NCBI RefSeq assembly: GCF_006345805.1
Contig: NC_043002.1
Coordinates: forward strand, 36,952,001-37,016,000
Direction: 5' to 3'
DNA: 64,000 nucleotides
Origin: Octopus sinensis
Lineage: Eukaryota
Shown here: piece by piece, positions 11,416 through 22,772 of the stretch
Layout of the letters: the number at the start of each line of letters is the position of its first letter
Position numbering within the stretch: position 1 is the first letter of the stretch
Position numbers and translations under genes: made by a program
The notes under the pieces: model-generated
What the model was told of the DNA's origin: nothing
What the model saw: only the letters and a program-made list of their open reading frames with translations
Databases searched by the model: none

Positions 11416-14005
11416 CATAGCCTGCCACGACTCTCGACAAGAAAGGCAGGGTGCTGCGAAGGTGCCATCACGGCGGCGGAAGTGCGGGAAGCGATGGCAG
11501 AATGCTCGAGGGACAAATCACCGGGTTTGGATGGTCTACCCTACGAATTTTACTATTGTATGCCAGACTTGTTTGGAGACGTCTTGGCAGCGGTATACTG
11601 CAACTGGCAGCAAAACGGGAGCATACCCGGTTTTGTGAGTCGAGGAGCTGTAACTCTGCTGAAGAAAGATCCAAACAAGGGAAACATTATAGATAACTTT
11701 AGGCCAATCACTCTGCTCAATGCAGACCTGAAAATTTTGACAAAGGTGTTAGCCAAGAGGTTGGCGCTTGTCATGGAGAAACTGGTTGACAACGCACAAA
11801 CGTGCGCCGTGCCGGGCCAGAGCATCCATGACAACCTCCATCTGATGCGCTACATCATAGACAGGGTAGTTAACGAACCTGGCATGGGTGGGGCCCTGAT
11901 CAACTTGGATCAATCGAAAGCCTTTGATAGGGTAGACCATCGATACTTGGAGGCAGTCCTGAGAGCGGCTGGTTTCGGTCCCGTCTTCCGCGGCTGGATA
12001 GCTGCCTTGTACAGAGGCATCCGTTTGGTAATTCGCGTAAATGGACATCTATCGAGACCCTTCGACATTGCACGTTCGGTCCGTCAGGGATGCCCCCTCT
12101 CGGCGCTTCTATACGTATTGACTCTTGAGCCACTACTGCGGAAGCTGGCGACTCTGAGGGGCATCCCGCGAGAATTAGGATGCGGGACGAGCGTGTCTGC
12201 ATACGCGGACGACGTCACCGTCATAGTGTCAAGCCACGAGCACATCGAGCGGGTCGGCGAGACACTGAAAGACTACGAAGCGGTGACAGGAGCAAAAATC
12301 AACCGGGAAAAGTCAGTGGGCTTGCGGCTCGGCACCTGAGAAGCAAGCCCATGCCGTCCACCAGTACCTCCGTCGTGGGACGCTGGACAGACGGCCCGGT
12401 TGAGTTGCTCGGGGTCTGGTTCGGTCCGGACCTCCAAATGGAGAAGAACTGGAACGAGATAACGAGTAGGGTGGTCACTCTCGCCCAGCAATGGGCCGAG
12501 AGGAAACTGTCCCTAAAAGGTCGGGCGGAGGTGGTGAACGCGTACATCGCGTCCATCATCTACTACCGCCTGACCGTCGTACCTTGTCCCGACCCTACCA
12601 TCACCAAACTAGAACGCATCCTCTTCCGCTTCTTGTGGAAAGGATGCGTCCCGATGGTCAGGCGATCCATTTGCTGTCAACACCCGTTAAAAGGAGGGCT
12701 GGGCATGCCGTGGTTGATGATGCGCAGACACGCGCTGAGACTGCGACATCTCTGGCTCTATGTAGACGACGGTGAACAGATGTGGTCGCCGTTTGTGAGG
12801 CACGCATTCCCGCAACTCGTCTCCATGACCGAACTACAGTCGTGGATCAAAAAGAGGCCGAAGAAGGGCGAATGGCACCGCGAGTGTCGCGTTGCTCTCA
12901 AGCAACTCTGCCGTCCCGGGTCGACCTTGAGTGACTTCAACACAACCAAAGCATTCTATAGGGGATTAGTGGAGGGGAGGTACGACGACGAGCTCGGGGC
13001 AAACCTGGGTGTCGACGAGGAATACCTGACCCGCCTGTTTCAAACGACTTTCGGCCCGGGACCTATGGACAACTTCCAGAGATCCCTGGCCTGGCGGTGC
13101 TACCGAGAAGCGCTACCCGTTCGGGATAAGCTCTATAGGCATGGCTCGAGAAACACGGGGCCGACCTGCCCGAGATGCGGGCAGAGCGACGAAACCGCTC
13201 TGCACGCAATCGTGCAGTGTCCAGCAATTTCCCACCTGTGGGCTTATGTCGAACGACTGCTGTCACGTGTGGGACGTGTCGGTTTATCAGCCGAGTCTAT
13301 CGTTAATATCGTCACGCCTCCTTCCTTCAAATGGGAAGGAAGAGCTATTTTTATCATACTTGTGGCTATGGCGAAAGAATGTATCTGGTGGACGCGTCTG
13401 AAAGGATTAGAGACAAACACTTTCCTCTCTGGTCAATCTCTCATCAACTTCTTCAAGTATCACTTGAAGAAAAAAGTGAGAGTAGAGAGGCAAGTTTTGT
13501 CTAGTGAATGTTTTAAAAAAGATGGGTGAATGTAGCAAGGATGGCACGTATGAATGACGAAGCCACCTTGACTATGATTCTATGAACCGTAAAAATTAAT
13601 ACAGAGAGTTGCTTATTTGCAAAAAAAAAAAAAAGAAATATAACATGTGACTTCATTGACCGAGGTTACCGTGGTCTTTTCCGTAGGCTTTTCTTTCCAC
13701 GGGTAAACCTCACCTGTCCCCCCCTTTACACTTCATATTGACATTTCTGTGATAACGATCCCTATTGATCAATTTTTTTCCTCTCCCCCTTTTTTTTAAC
13801 CCCCCCCTTTTTTTTTGTCCTCTTTCTCTCCTTTTACGATCCCTTTTGATCGACCCCCCCTTTTTTATTTTATTTTTATTTTATTTTATTTTTTTCTTAT
13901 TTTTTATTTTTTTATTTTTTTATTTTTTTTAAACCTTCAAAAGAAAAGCTCTACCTTGTAATTTGTTCTATCTGTGTGCAGCCCTGTGTGGCTAATAAAG
14001 AAACA
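11416..14005 (+). mobile_element. 5'-truncated non-LTR retrotransposon, L1 clade / Tx1-like ORF2 (RT + C-terminal CCHC finger) with 3'UTR
   Basis: RT motifs KSPGLDGLPYEFY, NFRPITLLNADLKIL, LDQSKAFDRVDH, VRQGCPLS and YADD; C-terminal CPRCGQSDETALHAIVQC. There are two apparent 1-nt deletions, at about 12337 (GTW>GT*) and in the A-run at about 13515-13520. Restoring the second gives FKKRW...MIL* with TGA at 13583-13585. Pyrimidine-rich 3'UTR and AATAAA at 13994-13999. Visibly GC-richer than the flanks. Confidence 0.93.
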
Positions 14006-14063
14006 TATCTACCTGTCTGTCTATCTATCTACCTGTCTGTCTATCTATCTATCTATCTACCTG

Positions 14064-14116
<53 letters not shown>

Positions 14117-14129
14117 ATCTATCTACCTG

Positions 14130-14168
<39 letters not shown>

Positions 14169-14170
14169 CT
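14006..14170 (+). repeat. (TATC)n array with CCTG/TCTG interruptions immediately 3' of the Tx1-like LINE
   Basis: Directly visible. Confidence 0.95.
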
Positions 14171-14194
14171 ATATATATTTATGTAACAGGCACA

Positions 14195-14570
14195 TAAAGA
14201 ACATCTTTTGAATGTTGGGACTCATGGAGGCAATGACTAAGACCTTTGGCATTATGCCGTGCTTCAGAAGAAGATCCATCAAGCTGAGCAAAATTGCAGT
14301 TGTGGTAAATACTGGTGTCACATAGCCCTGGCACATAAACGAGCCTCTGTGTCATGCAAAAGGCACCTGTGCTGGTGACATGTAAAAGTACTCATCACAC
14401 TCTCAGTCCACCCTTCGGGGTGTTTGGTGATAGGAAGAGTATCCAGTTGTAAAAAATGTGCCAAACGGACACAGAAGTCTGGTGCAGTCTTCTGCCTGGC
14501 CAGCTTCAGACAAACTGTCCAACCAATGCCAGTATGGGAGGTGGACGTTAAACGATGATGATGATGATAT
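14195..14570 (+). mobile_element. RTE-type LINE 3' end / RTE-tail repeat ending in (GAT)n
   Basis: Decayed ORF end resembling ...LGLMEAMTKTF..LCRASEEDPS, followed by the recurrent tail ...ccaaccaatgccagtatggg...ggacgttaaacgatgatgatg seen many times in this window. Confidence 0.65.
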
Positions 14571-14573
14571 ATA

Positions 14574-15347
14574 CAAGGTGCAATGGGTAAATTGTTGCCA
14601 TTTTATATTTTTAATTTAGTGCATGCGCATAGTTTGTTTTTGATTTTGTCAACTACACAATATAGTAGGGTCAGTTGGGCACCATCTGTGAGAAAAGCAA
14701 CTATATGGCACAATTCACTCTACCAGAAATTTGGAAATGAAATGCTGTACTGCTTGGTATTCATGCCAGAAGCTCCAATATAAAAATTTCAGAGTGTTTG
14801 GGTATTAATCTGAGGACAGTGTAATCTGAGGGCGTGCACTGAGAGTGATAAAAATGAAGGAGGTAGTACTATTCTAGGTCAAGAGGGTGGCTGCCAGAAG
14901 ACCCTATGTCTAGCAACAGGACTATGCACCATTCCACAGAAGCAGGAGAACCCAGAGATGGCTGTCAGACAATTTCTGCGACCACACCACCCCTAACATC
15001 TGGCCACCTAACTCCTCAGACTGCAACCCCTTTGATTATTATGTGTGGGGCACAGCTGAGTGAGAAACGAACAGAACTCCTTGTAACACCAAAGATGAAC
15101 TGAAGGCAAGGATTATGGCAGCATTCACCAACTTAAACATGGAGACCATCCAGAAGTGTTGCAGGAGATTCTGAAGTTGTCTAGAGGCCATGGTTGAAGC
15201 CAATGGCGAATTTACTGAATAAATTTACTCTTTAGTATTTCAAGATATTTTTATGTAATTTTAGTATATATATATTTGTTAAAATGGAATATCATTGTTA
15301 TTTCCATTTTTGCATAATTTAGAGGGCATTTTATTCACCACACCCTG
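14574..15347 (+). mobile_element. Internally deleted Tc1/mariner-superfamily (maT/DD37D-like) DNA transposon
   Basis: TA-flanked termini ta|caaggtg... and ...caccctg|ta. Internal WPPNSSDCNPFDYYVWG matches the WPxxSPDLNPxDY catalytic motif; stops and frameshifts present. Confidence 0.8.
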
Positions 15348-15460
15348 TATAGGTGTATATATATATATATATATTATATATATATATGTATATATATATA
15401 TCTTCACATATCCCTGTAATTAATACTAGGTTTTTAACTCTTTATCCACTATCACTCACC

Positions 15461-15558
<98 letters not shown>

Positions 15559-15622
15559 GCATATACATATGCATACATACATACTTACATACACACTCAC
15601 ATATATATAATGTGTGTATATA

Positions 15623-16523
15623 CTGGGTCATCCCATAAATAATGCATTTTTTTTCAATGCATTAATTAAAAGTCGGGGGTGAAGGGATAAACTACCTGCA
15701 TCAACTTTTTATAAAAGTTGGTAGTAATTTTACCTTGTCCTCATTCTAAGTGTAAGTTTTGAAGAGTGCTATTTGATTTTAACTGTTATTTTCTCAAAGC
15801 TATAATAGAAGCGACAAAGGAGCATATTCAGCATATGAGTTCATTAAAGGCAACAACGCAATGGAAAGTGCGAGGAATATTAATGCAGTATAATGGGATC
15901 GGACAATAAGCATAAGCCAGTGTCAACGGTTGTTCCAGAAATTCTGAGCTGGAAGCTACAGCTTAGATGATAAGCCTCATCCTGGAAGATCTGTAGATCT
16001 CGATATGGATGTCCTGACAGAACAAAATCCGATCATAACTCTTGAGGAACTAGCAGACAAGTTTGGATTTGGTCATTCAATCAGTCATTCAAGTCAGTAC
16101 TAAAAGAAAAATGACAATCTTTGGTTTCAAGATGAAAGGTATTCTTCCATCAGGATAATGCTTAACCACATACAGTGATGATGAAATTCCAAACGCTGGA
16201 GCAGTTTGAATGGGAAACGATGTCCCACCCACCATATGCACTGGACATGCCCCATCTGATTATCATTTATTCCACAGTCTTCAAAATCATTTGGATGGAA
16301 AAAATATGAATTCTGTAGACAAGGTCAGAACAGTAGTGGAGGAGAATTTTTTGTCACTGATAAGTGAATTTTGGAAGAGGGACCTTGCAAGTGTATCAAA
16401 TAGATGGAAGAGCATTCTAAAAAATGAAGAAGAGTATATCTTAGATTGAAAAAAAACTTTGTGTATCTTAATTTTGAAAAATAAAAGAAGTATAAAAAAT
16501 GCATTAGTTATGGGATGATCCAA
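15623..16523 (+). mobile_element. Decayed, internally deleted mariner (DD34D-type) element
   Basis: About 28-bp TIRs ctgggtcatcccataaataatgcatttt / aaaatgcattagttatgggatgatccaa with TA on both sides. Remnant APSDYHLFHSLQNHLDGK...NRWKSILKNEEEYILD. Confidence 0.9.
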
Positions 16524-16598
16524 TATATATTTATAAACACACATATACACGCACATACACACACACACACACACACACATAAAATATCGAATGTATAC

Positions 16599-17290
16599 AA
16601 ATTAATTTATTAATTAATTAACATATTCACCTGCAATTGTTTTATTTCACAAACAAAATTAAAATTACAAAACAGATAAATATATAATTTTGCATTTTAA
16701 ATACCTCGTATGGAAAAGCTTCAAGTTGTACAAAGGGCAAAACAAGGATTACATTAAGACACATTTGGAACATTCAGAATATATAGACATGTTTATTATC
16801 TGTGTATATATGTATGTGTGTGTGCACATTTGTTAAAATCATTACTCTTATTTTTAATCCAATAACAATAATCTTGAATAATGGGTTATAAGTATATAAG
16901 AGTTAAGTAATAAAATGAAAGTAAAAGTGAAATAAAATTTGTTTCACTTTCACTTTCTTCATTATATTGCTTTACCCTTATATACTATAACCCATCATTC
17001 ATGATTATTGTTATTGAATTAAAAATAAAAATAATTTTAATACATGCATGCACACACACATACACACACACACATATACATACACACATAATAAGCATGT
17101 CTATATATTCTGAGTGTTCCAAACGTATCCTAATGTAATCCTTGTATTGTCCTTTGTACACCCTGATGCTTTTCCATACAAGGTATTTAAAATGCAAAAT
17201 TATATATCTATATATGTTTTGTAATCTTAATTTTGTTTGTGAAATAAAACAATTGCAGGTGAATATGTTAATTAATTAATAAATTAATTT
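16599..17290. repeat. 692-bp imperfect palindrome (fold-back) with about 335-bp arms and a loop of about 10 nt
   Basis: Left arm aaattaatttattaattaattaacatattcacctgcaattg... is the reverse complement of the right arm ...caattgcaggtgaatatgttaattaattaataaattaattt. Centre near 16933-16942; arm identity about 85-90% by eye. Confidence 0.93.
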
Positions 17291-17524
17291 CTATCCATTA
17301 GATCTCCCTGTTTTCTAACTCAATAATGATATTTGATATTTTATGATATTTTATACAATATATTCATTGAAGAAATACCTATTTAAAATGTATTAAACCA
17401 GTGTAATTTGAATAAAATATCCCTATAAGAGGTTTAAATATACTCATTGTGACTATATATATATATATATATATATATACATTCCAAAATGTAACTACAT
17501 TTGGATTGTTGGTGATTTTTAGCT

Positions 17525-17942
17525 CTCTTTCTTTTACTCTTTCACTTGTCTCAGTCATTTGACTGTGGCCATGCTGGAGCACCGCCTTTAGTCGAACAAA
17601 TTAACCCCAGGACTTATTCTTTGTAAGCCTAGTACTTATTCTATTGGTCTCTTTTTGCCGACTCGCTAAGTGAAGGGCATGTAAACACACCAGCATTGGT
17701 TGTCAAGCGATGTTGGGGGGACAAACACAGACACACAAACGTATACACATACACATACATATATATACATACATATATACGATGGCTTTCTTTCAGTTTC
17801 CGTCTACCAAATCCACTCACAAGGCTTTGGTTGACCCAAGGCTATAGTAGAAGACACTTGCCCAAGGTGCCACGCAGTGGGACTGAACCTGGAACCATGT
17901 GGTTCGTAAGCAAGCTACTTACTACACAGCCACTCCTACACC
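17525..17942 (-). mobile_element. tRNA-derived SINE, family A (near-complete, young)
   Basis: Head gtaggagtggctgtgtagtaag...ggttccaggttcagtcccactgcg (A/B-box-like), internal (CA/TA)n, tail ...ggtgctccagcatggccacagtcaaatgactgagacaag. Confidence 0.85.
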
Positions 17943-18120
17943 TTTGTCTTCCTTTTCTTTTGGACTTCCCTTTGTCGCCTGTTTCTGAAGAAGAGCTCTG
18001 CTTGAAACGTAAAATACCCTTTCTTTCCTTCCCTGAGTGTTTTATTAATACATTGCATTTACCACGTCCTTGCTTTGTTGCTTTTTCTTGTGTTTTTTCT
18101 CCACTATTTTTTTTTATTAA

Positions 18121-18168
<48 letters not shown>

Positions 18169-18739
18169 GCATACACACACACATACACTTATCTACATGT
18201 ATGCACCATGCACACACTCTACTGGGACAGATGCAGTGTAGATATGCAACATAACTACATGACAATAAATGCATCCAATTATGGAAACTTGTCATTAATG
18301 AATGAGCTGATGTTTTGCCACAAATATTTCTAGGTCATCCTTGTGTACACTGTACTATATATAAACCTCATTTAACAAAATTACCGTTATCTATAATTGA
18401 AGTCCTTCGAGCATTTTCTCAATTCTCTATGATGCCATTTGTTTTCTGACACCAAATGTGATCTATATTTACCATTCTCTTGCATTACATCTCTGTCTGA
18501 AGGCTGGATATTTGCAGGGAAACCAAATGAGTCCTCTCCTAAATTATTTTCTTTAGGCATTGGTTTTTGGATATGACTGATTGAGTTTTTCTTAATGGTA
18601 TGTAAACAACGTGGGGAAACAGTCGCTAATAAATATAGCTTAATAATAAGAAATGCAGAGGCGAGTTGACTAGTTTACAAAGAATAAATTTCTAAGCTAC
18701 AGAGAAATAGAAGTCTAGAAGATATTTGGTGAAGCATAT

Positions 18740-18936
18740 CTTTTATCTTTTGTCCTTTACTTGTTTCAGTCATTAGACTGTGGCCATGCTGGGGCACCAC
18801 TTCGAAGAATTTATAGTTGAATGTATTAACCCCAGTACTTTTTTTTAACGCTTGCTACCAATTCCATTCATCTCTTTTACTGAACTGCTAATGTATGGGG
18901 ACATAAACACACAAACAAGGAGTGGCAGGAAGGAGG

Positions 18937-18995
<59 letters not shown>

Positions 18996-19168
18996 CACAT
19001 ATATATGGTGGGTTTCTTTCAGTTTTGATGTACTAAATCCACTCACAAGGCTTTGGTTGGCTTGAGGCTATAGTAGAAGACACTTGCCCAAGGTGCCATA
19101 CAGTGGGACTGAAACTAGAACCATGTGGTTGGGAAGCAAGTTTCTTACCACACAGCCATGCCTGCACC
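18740..19168 (-). mobile_element. SINE family A copy
   Basis: Same head, body and tail as 17525-17942, more diverged. Confidence 0.75.
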
Positions 19169-20241
19169 TGTATATTCTAAGAATATAAGATGACAAAATA
19201 AAAGAAAACTTTCTCAAAACATAAAGTTTCATGCTGAGCCAATGAGGTTACTTTTATGGGTCTACATGATCTACTAGAAATAGCAACTAAATCTTCTTCA
19301 AAACTTACTATTACTGCATGGAAATACCATTGTCTATTGTAGTCCTTAATATACAAGAGACATGTTTGCTATGTTCTTTGATTGTAAATTTCTTTGATCA
19401 GAGCTGACTTGGGGCTGAAGGAGGAGGAAGAGGAGGAGGAGGAAGAAGAAGAACAACAAAAAAATAGCTAATGTCTTGAGAAATGAGCCCTGCAAGGTGG
19501 AGTGGCTGCTGCAGTGAGTGTTGCTGGTCATTCGCCATGGCAACACCATTGTGGCCATTATGACGAGGCACAGCTGAGTGCACCATTTGTTCCAGGGTGT
19601 GGGGCCCATTGCCCCCTCCACTTTTATATTCTGCTGCTTTAACCCTCTTTTTTCTTGTTTTTTCTTTTTCATCTTACCTTTTTTCTGTTTCTTTGTATTT
19701 AAATGTTATAATTTAAATTGTAGTCTGCTGTGATTTGTAGAAATAAAGCATTTTTAATAATCATTTCGCAGAGGGGATTTTGCTAAAGGCATCAAAGTTG
19801 CTAAGATGATGGATTAAGTCTACTGGCCAAGTATAACATGGTGAATTCTGAACTCAGAATTCATTGAGCCAGAAAAATAATGCAAAGCATCTGATGTGAT
19901 ATTTTTACCATTCCGTTAATCCACCATCCAAGATTAGTACTTTTTTATTGCTCCCCGAAAGGCCAGCAAAAAATGAGGGGATAAGTGCTCAACTAGTACC
20001 TATTTTGTTGACTCTAAAAGAATGAAGGCAAAGTCAACCTCGGCAGGATTTGAACTCAGAATGTAAAACCAGATAAAATGCTGCTAAATATTTTGCCTTG
20101 CATGCTAACGATTCCGCCAGCTCATTGCCTGAGAATTGGAAGAAATATTGTGAATCATTCTATACAATGCTCCATCATCTCTGCCAAATGTAAATAGCCA
20201 AGACAAATGCAAATCATGGGCATGGAATTATACTAATTAAA

Positions 20242-20610
20242 AGTGGGTGGGTGATAAGAAGTTTGCTTCCCAACCACAAGATTTCAGGTTCAGTCTCACT
20301 GTGTGGGACCTTGGGCAAAAGTTTTCTACTATAGATACAGGCTGACTAAAGCCTTGTGAGTAGATATGGTGGGTGGAAACTGAAAGAAGCCCATTGTATA
20401 CACGTGTGTGTCTTTGTGTTTGTGCCTGTCTTTCCACTGCTTGATTTGTTTATTTTCTTGTAACTTAGCAGTTTGGCAAAAGAGACTGATAGAATATGTA
20501 CCAGTCTTTAAAAAATGAGTAACAGGGTTCATTTGTTTGACTATAACATTTTAAAGTGGTGCCAAAGCATGCCCGCAGTCATATGTTTGAGACAAACAAA
20601 AAAAAGGATT
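20242..20610 (+). mobile_element. SINE family A copy
   Basis: ttcaggttcagtctcactgtgtgggaccttgggcaaaagttttctactatag...ggaaactgaaagaagccc. Confidence 0.7.
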
Positions 20611-21125
20611 AAAAAAAAATGTGGAAAACTAAACAACTAAATCTCAGTCTCATTATCTTAGCCAATTATTCAGTTTAAGCATGAAAGAAATCAATACGTT
20701 ATAGGTAAATCTTGCCTTATTTCATTTGAACTTTAAACCTAGCACTCCATTAACGCTATAGAGTTAAAGGTTGATGGGATTAGAGATAAACATAAAATGT
20801 TGTTTGAATTTTAAGGCCAATGAGATTTAGAGAGATATTAATTGAACACGTTTTGTTGGCAACACTAAATGGCATTCAACTTCCAGATAATAAATTACAC
20901 GCGCGTACACACACATGCACGCATGCACACACACACACACACATTTATGCATATCATCATCAATAACATCCATTTTCTATGTGGGTATGGGTTATATATA
21001 TGTATGCATGCATGTATGTATGTATGCATGCATGCATGCCTGTATGTATGTATGTATGTATATATGTATGTGTGTATGTATGTGTATATGTATGTAAGTA
21101 TGTATATATATATCTCTCTCTGTAT

Positions 21126-21187
<62 letters not shown>

Positions 21188-21223
21188 TCCATATATACAT
21201 ACAAACACATGCAGATATAGATA

Positions 21224-21265
<42 letters not shown>

Positions 21266-21287
21266 CATACATACATATATATATATA

Positions 21288-21336
<49 letters not shown>

Positions 21337-22109
21337 GGCATTAGAATTTACCAAGATTGCATTCAATTTGGCAATTAATTTGGACCAGATCTCATTTAAT
21401 ATATGAATTGGCATACCTACCTATCTCACATTACTGACAGTGCATGTTTTGGGTTGTATTAATTGATTGTTATTAGCTATTCTTACTATTTTAGTCTTGA
21501 AGAGGTTAATCTGTGAATTTATGATTATAACAAATATTTCATGTATTTTCTTGTAATTAATTTTCTAAAACAAAGTATGGAAACACATGCTCTCACAGAT
21601 ACACAGTTACACACATATCCTACGTGGGTTCACATACATAGACACTATCATAAGCTCACTGACACTTACACTTTTGTACAAACAAATAATCGAGGAAAAT
21701 CAACCAACAGATGCAAAACTGATGAATATGTTGTTTTTGTGTTTTATGTATGCAATTTTAATTGCCTCTATTTACAATGAGTTGTGTACTTAATTCTCCA
21801 AACCTTCTACTTAGCAATAGTCGCTTGTAAGTTAAGAAACATTGCTCCTTAACTTAACTTTCTCAGAATTCTAATTAAATGTAAATAATTTGAAATTATA
21901 TTTATTGAGAGTAGCAGAAAGTGGATTCACCCAGGAGCAGCAGGTTGAAGCACATTGCTTTGATAATATATTATATATAATGGATTATATTTGTACTGGT
22001 GTCCCTCATAATTTTATTCAGATTTACTTTTCTTCTCACCTGGAATGTGTCCTTGTCTTTTTCATACAGAGCTTCATTCTGAGTTACTACTTTCCTAGAT
22101 GGGTCATTG

Positions 22110-22420
22110 TGAAGGCATGCGGCTTAGTGGTTAGGGTATTCGGCTCATGATTGTAAGGTCATGAGTTCAATTCCCAGTGACACATTGTGTCCTTAAGCAA
22201 GATATTTTATTTCACATTGCTCCAGTCCACTCAACTGGCAAAAATGAATAATACCTGTATTTTAAAGGACCAGCCTTGTTACACTCTGTGTCACACTGAT
22301 AGCTACATTAAAGGTACACATGTCTGTGGCATACTCAGACACTTGCACGTTAATTTCACGAGCAGGCTGTTCCACTGATCGGATCAACTGGAACTCTCAC
22401 CATCATAACTGACAGAGTGA
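22110..22420 (+). mobile_element. tRNA-derived SINE, family D
   Basis: A-box ggcttagtggttagg and B-box gagttcaattccc; tail gcacgttaatttcacgagcaggctgttcc. A partial inverted copy lies at about 46120-46290. Confidence 0.7.
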
Positions 22421-22545
22421 GATGGGTTGTTTTCACTATAACTCGTGTTTCTTCACAATGCTGTGAAAGCTGCTCATTGTGTGATGGTAGGAATGGACAG
22501 AAAATTTATGTTAAGCTGGTGTACTGGTGTATTTGTTGGGAGTGT

Positions 22546-22772
22546 TTCACCCTTTAGTATTCAAACTGGGCACAATTAGCCTAAATATCCTACCTGTTTA
22601 ATGTTCCAACCGGCCAGATGCACCCTTTCACACCTACCCTACGATGTCCATCTAAAACGAAGCAATCACATCATGAAAATCTCAAAGCTACGAGATAATG
22701 GACGATTAACTCAAAACAACGTGAATAAATAAGCATTCCAGTTAATGAGTAATCTGTAGGACAAAGGGTTAA
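22546..22772. mobile_element. piggyBac-type MITE copy
   Basis: ttcaccctttagtattc...acaaagggttaa; internal sequence matches the other two copies. Confidence 0.6.

Noticed and set aside
22110-22185. tRNA genes at SINE heads (also 33030-33103 and 38900-38964)
   Set aside because: They have A/B boxes but no complete cloverleaf, and they continue into SINE bodies.
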